From assembly GCA_051013385.1 (NCBI GenBank), contig CP143273.1, positions 128,001 to 192,000 on the forward strand: a DNA stretch of 64,000 nucleotides. The letters run 5' to 3'. The stretch is from Phormidium sp. Its GTDB lineage: Bacteria > Cyanobacteriota > Cyanobacteriia > Cyanobacteriales > Aerosakkonemataceae. The translations under genes were made by a program, and so were the position numbers. Positions 31,065 to 41,927 of the stretch are shown one piece after another (within the stretch, counting starts at the first letter, position 1; each line of letters opens with the position of its first letter). The notes under the pieces were generated by a model. The model had not been told where the DNA came from, made no database searches, and saw only the letters and a program-made list of their open reading frames with translations.

Positions 31065-31146
31065 AAGACAAGATCCCCGACTTCTTCAAGAAGTCGGGGA
31101 TCTGAAAGACAAGATCCCCGACTTCTTCAAGAAGTCGGGGATCTGA
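31065..31146. repeat. Tandem duplication of a 41-bp palindromic repeat; likely groEL terminator
   Basis: 2 x AAGACAAGATCCCCGACTTCTTCAAGAAGTCGGGGATCTGA. Confidence 0.85.
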
Positions 31147-31185
31147 AGGGATCTGAGTAGCAATTTTACTCAAACATTGGTGACA

Positions 31186-32914
<1,729 letters not shown>

Positions 32915-33004
32915 CAATACTATTTTGGATTTTAGATTTTGGATTTAGGATGGGAAAAACCGTACAAAATAGCACTCTGGTTAAAATAAAGCGGTTAAAA
33001 TCAC

Positions 33005-33116
33005 CGCGCAGGGCGGTTAAAACCGCGACTACACAAAACTTAGTCCGCTTGACAAGGACTCAAAAACCTGCGTAGGCAGGTTTTGTCTGTATAGCCCGCG
33101 ACTTGAGTCGCAGGGG
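33005..33116. repeat. Composite palindromic dispersed repeat
   Basis: Nested short hairpins GCGGTTAAAACCGC, AAAACCTGCGTAGGCAGGTTTT, GCGACTTGAGTCGC. Confidence 0.5.
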
Positions 33117-33120
33117 CGAT

Positions 33121-33621
33121 TAATTTTTCCGATTAATCCAATCTTCGCCGCCTGGTAAATCTACTAAAATTTCTTCTATTAATGCGGGTAATTCTTTAGG
33201 TGAGTAGTTCGATCGCTCTTTGCAGCAATTGCGGTTTATCTAACATTTCCGAAAGTTGAGAACGGGTATATTTTCCTTCGAGTACTTCTTCGCTGGCATC
33301 TGCGATCGCCTTCTCAATCACTTCTTCTTCAATCAAATTTTCCCATTCATCCAAGTTTATATAATAAGACGTTTTGTTTTCTTTGAGATTCAAATCATAA
33401 ATTTCTAGAATTGCATTCCGAATTGATACAGCCCAAGAACTAGTTAATCTTTGTTCAATTTTATTTTTAATCAAGTGAATTAGTAAAACTTTCAAAAATG
33501 CCTTGATTTTCCGCAGAATTTCTTTTTTGCTCATGCCTTCTAATTCATCTACGATCGCCAAAGCATCGCTGTAACGCCCCTCTAAAATACTATTTCTTAA
33601 ATCTATCAGTTCTTGCGTCAT
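33121..33621 (-). pseudogene. DUF29-family protein, frameshifted near the C-terminus
   Basis: MTQELIDLRNSILEGRY..LIHLIK..SW..SI. After the stop at 33196, KELPALIEEILVDLPGGEDW continues in another frame. Confidence 0.7.
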
Positions 33622-33653
33622 CTGTCCTAACCTCTTTTAAAATATTGAACTTG

Positions 33654-33923
33654 TTAGTAAACCTCATCGTGAGTTCCTATATCAATTAGTAACACTTGAT
33701 TTTCAGACAAAAATTTAAAAACTAGCCGATACTCGTAGGTAATACTCAACGCCCAGTAGCCTTCAAGATTTCCACTTAAACTATGTGTTCTCAAAGATCG
33801 ATGAAAAGGCTCGTTGGTAAACAGAGAGATTTTCTCCTGAAATCTTTCAACGAGGTCAGGATGTTTCTTGCGCCACTTTTTTAATATTCGTAAGAATGGC
33901 TCATCCGCAATAAGCTCAATCAT
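33654..33923 (-). CDS. RelE/YafQ-like type II toxin
   Basis: SLRTHSLSGNLEGYWALSITYEYRLVF..LIDIGTHDEVY. Confidence 0.88.
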   Translation of the reverse strand: MIELIADEPFLRILKKWRKKHPDLVERFQEKISLFTNEPFHRSLRTHSLSGNLEGYWALSITYEYRLVFKFLSENQVLLIDIGTHDEVY

Positions 33924-34134
33924 CGTTTGAATATATCATCAAATCTTCTACAGTATAAGCGCGAACATTACCTAATTTATAATTCTCCTCAGCTTCTTTA
34001 GCTCTTGAGGCGATTTGATTCCTTCTCAATTCAATCATCCTTTTGCTAAGAATTTCAGCGATATAAAACTGGTCTTCAACATCTAAATTAGATAAAGCTT
34101 GCAAAATATCATTTACCTGAGTTGATGTCTTCAT
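33916..34134 (-). CDS. Cognate antitoxin
   Basis: 72 aa, upstream of and overlapping the toxin start. Confidence 0.75.
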   Translation of the reverse strand: MKTSTQVNDILQALSNLDVEDQFYIAEILSKRMIELRRNQIASRAKEAEENYKLGNVRAYTVEDLMIYSNDD

Positions 34135-34174
34135 GGCTTTAGGATATCTCTTAACTCAATTTATACCTCTATTA

Positions 34175-34744
34175 TCATAACTTTTTTTCTACTTCCTCCA
34201 AAGGCAAATCGAGAACTTGGGCAATTTGCTCTGCTGTTAACCCGACTTTTATTAATCGCGGTATTGTTTCCCATTTAGCTAATTTTCGTCCTGTTTCAAT
34301 ATTGTTAGATGTGCCATTAATATCTGTAGGAGTTTCTGTAATAATTGATTCTAAATTTTCTAATTCTGATTTTTTGTTAACTTGTGAAGGCTTAGAACAA
34401 TTATTAATATTACCACCAATAACATAGTTACCTATATTTTGTTGAGAATTATAAAAAGCTAATCTTTCAACTGAAGCGCGAAAATTTGACTTATTTAAAT
34501 CTTCTCCCAAAGCTTCACCAAGAATTTCCCAAAGTGCATAAGCTTCATCTTTTGCATGACCTCGCGTACACTGATATTCTTTAGCAATCTCAGCATATTT
34601 CTGACCGTTGAGAACGCCTTTTATAATTGCTCTTTGCAGACTATCAAGATGTTTACCAGTTTGAGCGAACATCAGTTCATCCAAATATTTCAACACCTCT
34701 ATTACATTCATAGCTTTTGCATTAAAACCCATTTTATCCGTCAT
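34175..34744 (-). CDS. HTH protein (N-terminal HTH of the type found on cyanobacterial NACHT/vMAP proteins)
   Basis: HLDSLQRAII.G...GQKY.EIA...A..LW..L..ALGEDLNKSNFR; C-terminal GLTAEQIAQVLDLPLEEV. The start may be 34711. Confidence 0.65.
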   Translation of the reverse strand: MTDKMGFNAKAMNVIEVLKYLDELMFAQTGKHLDSLQRAIIKGVLNGQKYAEIAKEYQCTRGHAKDEAYALWEILGEALGEDLNKSNFRASVERLAFYNSQQNIGNYVIGGNINNCSKPSQVNKKSELENLESIITETPTDINGTSNNIETGRKLAKWETIPRLIKVGLTAEQIAQVLDLPLEEVEKKL

Positions 34745-34916
34745 TATCCGCTATTATCCGCCCCTTGTAAACCTTTTTAACATAACTCCCGTCAATATCC
34801 GTCTTTTTCCGCCACTAAAAAATACTGATGAGTTTTGAAATTCTGAGAATAGGGTAAGTAGGATTACCAGAGTTCACTGGTCAGATTTTCTAACATCACA
34901 CGAGGAGATTGGCTGT

Positions 34917-35297
34917 ATGGAATGGTTAGAGGGAATTTTTGAATGGTTAACAGAATTATCTGATGTTAATGGTGATAATTTTGTGGATCTTAGTGATCTG
35001 TCAGCAGGAGCTAGTCAGGCAGTAGAAAATGTATTCGATTTGGTTGATTATAACGACAATGATGTAATTAGCTCAGAAGATTTTGGACTAATGCTACAGG
35101 ATTATTTGGATAACAACAACAATGAGGTAATTGATTTAGAGGATTTTGGATTAATGCTAATGGATTATTTCGATAAAAATGGGGATGGTCAGTTTAATTT
35201 TATCGATAATCAAATCATCAAGCATGCAGCTCAGATAGAAGAGGATTTTGGGCCTATTGCAAAAAAAATATTTCTCCAAGCAGCAAAACTAATTTAA
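34917..35297 (+). CDS. Four-EF-hand acidic calcium-binding protein
   Basis: Loops DVNGDNFVDLSD, DYNDNDVISSED, DNNNNEVIDLED, DKNGDGQFNFID; RBS GAGGAG. Confidence 0.8.
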   Translation: MEWLEGIFEWLTELSDVNGDNFVDLSDLSAGASQAVENVFDLVDYNDNDVISSEDFGLMLQDYLDNNNNEVIDLEDFGLMLMDYFDKNGDGQFNFIDNQIIKHAAQIEEDFGPIAKKIFLQAAKLI

Positions 35298-35368
35298 CCG
35301 TGCCTTTGAGAGAGTGAAAATCACTTGAGAATTTAGACATTTTTGTACTTGATTGCGGAGGAATACAA

Positions 35369-35803
35369 ATGAGTAAGCTCAATGTTACTCTTGCTATGAT
35401 TGCCATTTTGACAGCGCCAATATTTTTATCTAGTTGTCGAAGTATTTCGGACGATATTGCAAAGATGGCTAGACAAGGAAGTAAAGTAGGAGATGATATT
35501 CCTCAACAGGTTGCTGTTCCTAATAACAGAACTACTGTTTCACCAATAGTTGCAAAAAATGTAGATCAACATGAACTGCTTAATAAATGTACACGCCAAA
35601 CAGGTAAAAGTGCTGTAACTGTAGCATGGGAGCAAGCCAAATCTTCGGGTTTCCAGGTATCGGAGCAATATTTACTTAATGTTGCTAGAGATGCAATCCA
35701 AAAATGTCTTCTTGGAAAAGTGGGGGACAAAGTATTAGATGAATTAGCTAAATTAGCAGTTTCAGAATTTAAGCAGGAAAATCCGCAGGCAGAACAAAAC
35801 TGA
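35369..35803 (+). CDS. Putative lipoprotein
   Basis: Signal peptide with lipobox LSSC; RBS GGAGGA. Confidence 0.7.
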   Translation: MSKLNVTLAMIAILTAPIFLSSCRSISDDIAKMARQGSKVGDDIPQQVAVPNNRTTVSPIVAKNVDQHELLNKCTRQTGKSAVTVAWEQAKSSGFQVSEQYLLNVARDAIQKCLLGKVGDKVLDELAKLAVSEFKQENPQAEQN

Positions 35804-36007
35804 ATTAAGCAGAATTAAAATGATGTAGGTTGGGTGAACTCACAGTAAATTAAAAAAGTGATATTTTTAGATTTTACTACGTTAAACTCAACCTACAACT
35901 AAAATGGAAGGGCTATGAGGCGCAATTGTGAAGCGATCGCACTTCCATAAATTCACCAATAAAAAAGGCGATACTATAATAAAAATGAGTAAAAAAATCT
36001 TATTATT

Positions 36008-36226
36008 ATGCAGTATCCCCTCAACAATATTTCACAACCAGTTGTGGGTAGCGAAGCTAAAAAGATAGTCGATGCCATTAAATCAGGTAGCTATGTAGCT
36101 AACGAGCCAGCTATCGCCACAGCAAAACGTATTGCCGATCGTCGTAAGCAACAGAAAAAACCTGAAACCCTTAAAGGTAGTAAAGTAAGATATTCAAGAT
36201 TTTTACACATTTTTCGCCCACAATAA
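36008..36226 (+). CDS. Small hypothetical protein
   Basis: Preceded by a HIP1-bounded repeat and TATAAT; the C-terminus may be read-through. Confidence 0.45.
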   Translation: MQYPLNNISQPVVGSEAKKIVDAIKSGSYVANEPAIATAKRIADRRKQQKKPETLKGSKVRYSRFLHIFRPQ

Positions 36227-36280
36227 ATGCAAGATTATCACATCTTTTGGCGCAAAAATCTTGCCTTTTCGAGGAAAATT

Positions 36281-36344
36281 GTAGGGACACGGCATTCAAA
36301 AGGTAACGCAGTAGTTGCAAATATTATTGATGCCGTGTCCCTAC
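36281..36344. repeat. GTAG-type REP-like inverted repeat
   Basis: GTAGGGACACGGCAT ... ATGCCGTGTCCCTAC. Confidence 0.75.
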
Positions 36345-36483
36345 CCTCACCAACAGACTTTTTCAGCAAATCCTACGAAGGAGGCGATCGCACTTCCTTA
36401 ACTTCACAAATAAAAGGTGCGATCGTCTCTACAGTAATTCAAGGAAGCGATTACAATAAGAAAACAAGTTAAAAATTCGGATC

Positions 36484-36777
36484 ATGAGCCAAAATACTAC
36501 CTCAATCAACACAAAATTGATTGACTCTCTTGCTCAAATTATCCTCTCTCTTACCGACGAGGAACAGCAACTTTTAGCCCAAAAAATACAGAATCCATCT
36601 TTATCTAGTGAAGAACTTCAAAAGAAACGGGAACCTTTACAGCATGACATCGCACTAGGCGTGGAAGAACTGAAGAATGGAGAATACGCTGAGTATGTTG
36701 ATTCCACACTACCCAATTTACTTGATAACATCAAAATGCGGGGCAAGCAGCGACTTCAACAGGAGCAATCCCAGTGA
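36484..36777 (+). CDS. Antitoxin (ParD-like C-terminus)
   Basis: LQHDIALGVEELKNGEY; GTGA overlap with the toxin. Confidence 0.75.
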   Translation: MSQNTTSINTKLIDSLAQIILSLTDEEQQLLAQKIQNPSLSSEELQKKREPLQHDIALGVEELKNGEYAEYVDSTLPNLLDNIKMRGKQRLQQEQSQ

Positions 36778-37061
36778 ATCGCTACCGTTTATCACGACAG
36801 GCAGAACGAGATTTAGAAGATATTTGGGTTTATCTAACACAGCAAGATGAACTATTAGCAGATCAAGCAATTGCTCAAATTTTGGATCGATTTCCTATGT
36901 TGTCTCAATTTCCCAATATGGGCAAGCAACGAGACGATTTGATGGCAGGACTCAGGAGTTTTCCTGTTAAGCCATACATTATTTTTTACAATAAAATTGC
37001 AGATGGTATCGAAATTGTCAGGGTTTTACATCAAGCAAGAGATATTGACAGTCAGTTTTAG
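36774..37061 (+). CDS. RelE/ParE family toxin
   Basis: LSRQAERDLEDIW..FPNMG..R..LRSFPV..YIIFY..IVRVLHQARD. Confidence 0.92.
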   Translation: MNRYRLSRQAERDLEDIWVYLTQQDELLADQAIAQILDRFPMLSQFPNMGKQRDDLMAGLRSFPVKPYIIFYNKIADGIEIVRVLHQARDIDSQF

Positions 37062-37136
37062 CGATCGCACTTCCATAAATTCACCAATAAAAAATGCGAT
37101 CGCATATAATGCACACAGAGTTGACTAAAATTAACT

Positions 37137-37466
37137 ATGTCAGTTGTAGAAGCTAAGGTCTATGTAGAGTATCGGAATGGAGGTTACTCGATTGTAGGAG
37201 AGCGAATCTCTCTGGATTCAATCGTATATGCTTTCCGTAACGGACTCTCAGCTGAAAGCATTGTTCAGTCTTTTCCATTACTAACATTAGAACAAGTTTA
37301 TCGAGCGATCGCCTTTTACCTTGCCAATCGTGCTGAAATTGATACTTACCTTTTAGAAGAAGAGGCAACATTTGATGCTATGCCTCAACCTTTACAACAG
37401 AACGAGCCAAATTTATATAACAAATTAATATCAGCTAAAGGCAAAAGGGCTAAAATAACCAAGTAA
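37137..37466 (+). CDS. DUF433 domain protein
   Basis: IVGERISLDSIV..G.SAESI..FPLLTLEQVY.AIAFY. Confidence 0.88.
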   Translation: MSVVEAKVYVEYRNGGYSIVGERISLDSIVYAFRNGLSAESIVQSFPLLTLEQVYRAIAFYLANRAEIDTYLLEEEATFDAMPQPLQQNEPNLYNKLISAKGKRAKITK

Positions 37467-37476
37467 AAGATCAGAT

Positions 37477-37839
37477 ATGAACAAACTATTCTTTTCCGGC
37501 GTACTTCTAACTATAATTTTTTCAGTTCAAAATTCATCTTTTGCCCAATCATTGCCTAGATTGCGGCGAAATATGAATTATGCTCAAGTCAGAACTATGT
37601 TAATTAAGCAAGGTTGGCAACCTGTAGTTAATTCCGAACAAGTGAATAATCGAGTTCCCAACAGCACGATCGACTATTTAATCAAAAAAGGCTATACCGA
37701 AATTGTTGATTGTTCTGGAACAGGATTAGGGCTTTGTTTGTTTCAATTTAGGAATGCTAAAGGACAAAACCTTTTTATAACAACGATCGATAATCAGTCT
37801 GGACAAGAGAGTAAGATCTATGGTTGGAGGAGCGAGTAA
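37477..37839 (+). CDS. Secreted hypothetical protein
   Basis: Signal peptide (SFA/Q); MNYAQVR..L..QGWQP and EIVDCSGTGLGLCLF. Confidence 0.7.
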   Translation: MNKLFFSGVLLTIIFSVQNSSFAQSLPRLRRNMNYAQVRTMLIKQGWQPVVNSEQVNNRVPNSTIDYLIKKGYTEIVDCSGTGLGLCLFQFRNAKGQNLFITTIDNQSGQESKIYGWRSE

Positions 37840-37897
37840 TTATTTTTAGCTCGGATTAGCTAGTTTGTGAGATAATGTCTTCCATTAATTTCTACTT

Positions 37898-39484
37898 TTG
37901 CCAGGAAATTTGAAAATAGTGGATACTTTACCTGACAACTACGCAGATACCAACAAGGTGCAGCCGAAAACCTGGAAAGTTATTAATCAGCTGGCTTTCT
38001 TGGCGATCGCTTATGGCATCATTATCCGTTTAGCACAGTACATAAGCAACCGTTCTTTATGGGGAGACGAAGCATATATTGCCCTAAATATAGTCAATCG
38101 CTCTTACTTAGAATTACTGCAACCTTTGGATTACGATCAAGCAGCACCTCCGGGATTTTTGTGGGTAGAAAAACTGGCAGTGCAGTTATTTGGTAATAAT
38201 GAATATGCGCTGCGATTGTTTCCTTTAATTGCTGGGATTGTTTCTTTATTTGCGCTTTATCAACTAGGAAAATGGACGGTATCTGCGATCGCTCTACCCA
38301 TTGCTTTAATTTTGTTTGCTTGTTTGAAATATCCGCTTTACTATGCTACCGAAGTTAAGCAATATTCTAGCGATCTCTTGGTAGGATTGTTGCTTTGTTT
38401 GTTGCTGATTCCGTTGCGCGATCGCATTTTGAAAAAAAGCAAAGTTTTCCTACTCGGATTCCTGGGAATACTTGCGATGTGGTTTTCCCATACTGCCATT
38501 TTCCCATTAGGAGGAGTCGAGTTAGCCAGCTTAATTACTTGTTCTCCTCAAAAACGAAAAGCGATCGTAATTAATCGCTTACCAACTTATTTAATTTGGC
38601 TAATTGGTTTTGCACTTTACTACTTTTTCATCATCTCCAAATCGCTGAAAAATGAATCGCTGCAATCCTCTTGGAGTCCAGAATATCCCACAAGCATTTT
38701 TGATATACTTTGGTTGTTAGACTCTTTCGGCAGATTCTTTCATAAACCATTAGGTTTTGCTGGTGTAGCAGATGGAATTGCTATTTTCGCCTTTGTTATT
38801 GGCTGCATTACTTTGTATAGAAATAACCGGATTAAGTTGTTAATTTTAATCTCTCCCATTATGGCTACCTTGACTGCTACTTATTTGCATAAATATCCCT
38901 TTCGGACTCGCTTAATTTTGTTTTTAACACCATATTTTATTTTAATTATTGCTGAAGGTGCGGCTTTTCTTTTGTCTCGCCTGAATCTTGCCAAATTTAA
39001 CCAACAGCAGAGAAGCAAGTATGTAGGGATTTTCGGAATAGTTATTAGTTGTTTCTTAGTTTTACCGCCTGTATTTCAAGCAGGAGGATTCTTATTTCAG
39101 CCAGAAAGTAAATACGAACTTCGTCCGGTAATTGCTTATATCAAAGAGAATAAACAACCTAACGATGTGCTATTTGGTGATGGGGGAGGAACTTCAGCAC
39201 AGTTGGAATATTACGCCCAAAAATATGGCTTTTCTAAGTCTCAATACGTGACAGGTTATAATGATTTTTTGAAAAAAGAAGCAATTTCTGACCAAGTTTG
39301 GTCAGACTACCGACAGCAATTTAGTCAGCTACAAAATCAACCGCGAGTATGGTTTTTGTTTTCTGGAATTGGGTTAAAAGAGAAAAGAGGAGAGATAGTT
39401 GAACCTCGGCTCGATCGCATAGGTAAAAAAATCGATTATATTGGAAAACCGGGAGCATTTGCCTATCTTTATCAGCTGAAATAA
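37898..39484 (+). CDS. GT-C/family 39-like membrane glycosyltransferase
   Basis: RSLWGDEA, QAAPPGF, EYALRL, EVKQYS and multiple TMs. Confidence 0.8.
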   Translation: MPGNLKIVDTLPDNYADTNKVQPKTWKVINQLAFLAIAYGIIIRLAQYISNRSLWGDEAYIALNIVNRSYLELLQPLDYDQAAPPGFLWVEKLAVQLFGNNEYALRLFPLIAGIVSLFALYQLGKWTVSAIALPIALILFACLKYPLYYATEVKQYSSDLLVGLLLCLLLIPLRDRILKKSKVFLLGFLGILAMWFSHTAIFPLGGVELASLITCSPQKRKAIVINRLPTYLIWLIGFALYYFFIISKSLKNESLQSSWSPEYPTSIFDILWLLDSFGRFFHKPLGFAGVADGIAIFAFVIGCITLYRNNRIKLLILISPIMATLTATYLHKYPFRTRLILFLTPYFILIIAEGAAFLLSRLNLAKFNQQQRSKYVGIFGIVISCFLVLPPVFQAGGFLFQPESKYELRPVIAYIKENKQPNDVLFGDGGGTSAQLEYYAQKYGFSKSQYVTGYNDFLKKEAISDQVWSDYRQQFSQLQNQPRVWFLFSGIGLKEKRGEIVEPRLDRIGKKIDYIGKPGAFAYLYQLK

Positions 39485-39693
39485 TTAACAGTTAAACAGT
39501 TAACAAGTTACTGATGGCGATCGCACTTCCCAGAGGCGATACCTGCTACCCAGAAGCTTGGCGAGCCCTCTGATACCAGTAGCAATCCAAATTCATCTTT
39601 TTTCCCCAACTATCTCTTTTAGAAAAGTCTCTGTGGGAATTATCTAATCCAAATAATCTCGGTTGAAAAGGTTGATTAATTAGCATTTGTAGA

Positions 39694-40515
39694 TTAGTTT
39701 TTAGCTGAAGTTGCTAAGTACAATTTTGTGGAGTAAATGAGGCGAACTCGACCTTGATTGTCACAAAAACGATCGCGAAATTCCCCCAAATTTAAAATCA
39801 GTTTTTCCAAAGCAGTACCCCCTTGGGGAGTAAAACCTTGACTTCTCGCTAATCCAACTAATCCGGCTAAGTCCAAATGCTGCTCAAAAGTAAAAGTGTA
39901 ACGATGCAGATCTTTAAAATAGGGAAGCCACAATCCTTGCCAAAATAGTTGATAGCGTAAAGTTTTCAATAAGGCTTTTATTTGTGGTTGAGATGAGGTT
40001 TGGTTTTGGCGATCGCTACTTGCCGCAAAAAGTAACTCAGTATAAGCTTTAGAAGTAATATCTGTTTGTTTCCAAAAGTTCCAAATTAAAGCCAATCTTC
40101 CCCCAGGTTTAAGAATTCGATGAAACTCCTCAAGGCTTTTCATAAAATCAAACCAATGGAATGCTTGAAAAGAAACAACTAAATCTACAGAAGCCGTTTT
40201 TAGAGGAATTTTTTCTGCCGTTCCACTCAAAAACTCCAGCCTTTCATGAGATGTTGCAGCGTTAAACATATCAGCATTAGGTTCGATCGCCAACACCCGA
40301 ACACCTCGATTTGCCAGCAACGTCGAACCAATTCCTGTTCCAGCACCAATATCAGCAGCTAATAATTCATTAGGAGATTTTAAACCTGACAAAATCCTGT
40401 CAATTGCTGAATCTGGGTAAAGAGGACGGTATTTTTCGTAATCTTCGCCCAGATTACAAAAGTAACTCAAAGGATTAGTTACTGAGTCTTTAGCGTTAGA
40501 AAAATCGAACCTCAT
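39694..40515 (-). CDS. Class I SAM-dependent methyltransferase
   Basis: DIGAGTG, AIEPN, QAFHWFD, RILKPGG. Confidence 0.9.
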   Translation of the reverse strand: MRFDFSNAKDSVTNPLSYFCNLGEDYEKYRPLYPDSAIDRILSGLKSPNELLAADIGAGTGIGSTLLANRGVRVLAIEPNADMFNAATSHERLEFLSGTAEKIPLKTASVDLVVSFQAFHWFDFMKSLEEFHRILKPGGRLALIWNFWKQTDITSKAYTELLFAASSDRQNQTSSQPQIKALLKTLRYQLFWQGLWLPYFKDLHRYTFTFEQHLDLAGLVGLARSQGFTPQGGTALEKLILNLGEFRDRFCDNQGRVRLIYSTKLYLATSAKN

Positions 40516-41229
40516 TTATTTTTTTGCAGCTTTGATAAATTTTCCCTTAGCAAAAGTCTGACGCACTAACCGAGAGATGAAAATTATGCCAGAAGTTGCC
40601 AGACGATAACTTTTACGGACAACATTTAGCAGAAAATACGGCACTCTTAACCGCAGAGGATAGAACAGGGGAAGGTACAGCCAGTAATATGCCCGTTTGA
40701 GATCTTCCCACTTAGTACAAGCTTCCAGATGCAGGAAGTCAGAGATATCTACAACTAACCCTCTTCCTTCATACAGCATCACATTGCGACCATGAACATC
40801 ATGTGGGTAAAGTCCGCGACTCTTAGCATAGTCCAAGGCTGCATCGATATCTTGTATCACTTGTTTGGGAATTGGGATACCCTTGTGAAGGCAATCATAG
40901 AGAGTGACTCCATACAACCGCTTGAGAACCAAAACGCCATTTTCCCCATAGAAACACTCAGAAAATGCTGGATGAGAACCTAAGCGACGGTAGACTTCTA
41001 ACTCTTCTTCAAAACCCGGACGCGAAGGTGCGTAAATCTTCACCACCACTTCTGGATAATTGGGATGACAGACGACTGCGGCATAGTTCCCCGTACCAAT
41101 AAGTTGCCAGGGTGCAGGCAAATGATTCACTACTACTGGATCGTGGGGATCAATGCTAACAATTTGTAGTCCAGGTAGTAGTTCAGTGTGAATAGTCTTG
41201 ATTAGCTGATTGATGTGCAGTTGATTCAT
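40516..41229 (-). CDS. Ser/Thr protein kinase-like protein
   Basis: IGTGNYAAV, VVKIY, HDVHGRNV, VVDISDF. Confidence 0.8.
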   Translation of the reverse strand: MNQLHINQLIKTIHTELLPGLQIVSIDPHDPVVVNHLPAPWQLIGTGNYAAVVCHPNYPEVVVKIYAPSRPGFEEELEVYRRLGSHPAFSECFYGENGVLVLKRLYGVTLYDCLHKGIPIPKQVIQDIDAALDYAKSRGLYPHDVHGRNVMLYEGRGLVVDISDFLHLEACTKWEDLKRAYYWLYLPLFYPLRLRVPYFLLNVVRKSYRLATSGIIFISRLVRQTFAKGKFIKAAKK

Positions 41230-41462
41230 ATAAACCTTAAATATCCGGTTCACAGATGCCCCAAGAACATTAGAGATCCTTATAATCTACACCTTTTAAA
41301 ACTCCAATTCCTACTTCTAGCGCCCGCAATTAGCTATACAACAGCCAAGAGTAAGTGGCTCAAACTATTGTTGCTGAACCTTTTTACCTACTAGGTTAAC
41401 TCACCATAGCTATAACTTATCGCAACTATCAGCAAGACTCTTACCACAAGTCGTTTAATCTA

Positions 41463-41501
41463 TTGACATATTGTAAATATTTCGTTACATTTATTTACAT
41501 A
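41463..41501 (+). promoter_or_regulatory. Promoter with overlapping HLR1 (RpaB) box
   Basis: TTGACA-N17-TACATT; GTTACATT-TA-TTTACATA (41484-41501) matches the HLR1 consensus. Confidence 0.8.
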
Positions 41502-41529
41502 AGGTAACAAAAGAGAGAGAGAAAAAGAA

Positions 41530-41697
41530 ATGTACACCACTGATGACAGAGGGATTTTGAACAACTACGCTGTTGAACCCACCGTTTACTATGCTGAGTA
41601 CCCTTCACAAGAGCAACAGCAAAAGTACCTTTTCCAAGGTGCGGTAGCAGTTCTGTTGGTTAGCCTGTTAGTTTTGACTGCTTTTGGGGTTAGCTAA
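41530..41697 (+). CDS. psb34: PSII assembly factor Psb34 (Ssl1498 family), absent from the ORF track
   Basis: MYTTDDRGILNNYAVEPTVYYAEYPSQEQQQKYLFQGAVAVLLVSLLVLTAFGVS*, with the G.LNNYA.EP..Y.AEYPS motif and one TM. Confidence 0.88.
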   Translation: MYTTDDRGILNNYAVEPTVYYAEYPSQEQQQKYLFQGAVAVLLVSLLVLTAFGVS

Positions 41698-41754
41698 GGA
41701 TTAAGAAGATTTGAACCAAACTGAATCGCGTCGATTATCGGAATTCTCCTCAAT

Positions 41755-41781
41755 GAGCCTCAGCGTAAAAGCTGAGGTTTT
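41755..41781 (+). terminator. Rho-independent terminator of psb34
   Basis: CCTCAGC-GTAAAA-GCTGAGG-TTTTT. Confidence 0.8.
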
Positions 41782-41927
41782 TGCTATTTATGCCGATTCA
41801 GGGATAATTCAAATATGCAAAAGTACAACAGATAAATGCAGCGGTACAAAAGCCGATCGCCAAATTAAAAAACATTCTCTCTGATGAAGTTTTGCTCCTG
41901 ATTCAAAAGTTAGATAATTGGTATTTT

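Noticed and set aside
31065..31146. Mini CRISPR
   Set aside because: Two abutting palindromic copies with no spacer.
32949..32980. K-box and second CIRCE half-site upstream of groEL
   Set aside because: Matches are partial (GTACGG.. and TAGCACTC only); too weak to call.
36227..36472. 81-aa ORF
   Set aside because: Composed of a REP-like inverted repeat and a HIP1-bounded repeat; probably non-coding.
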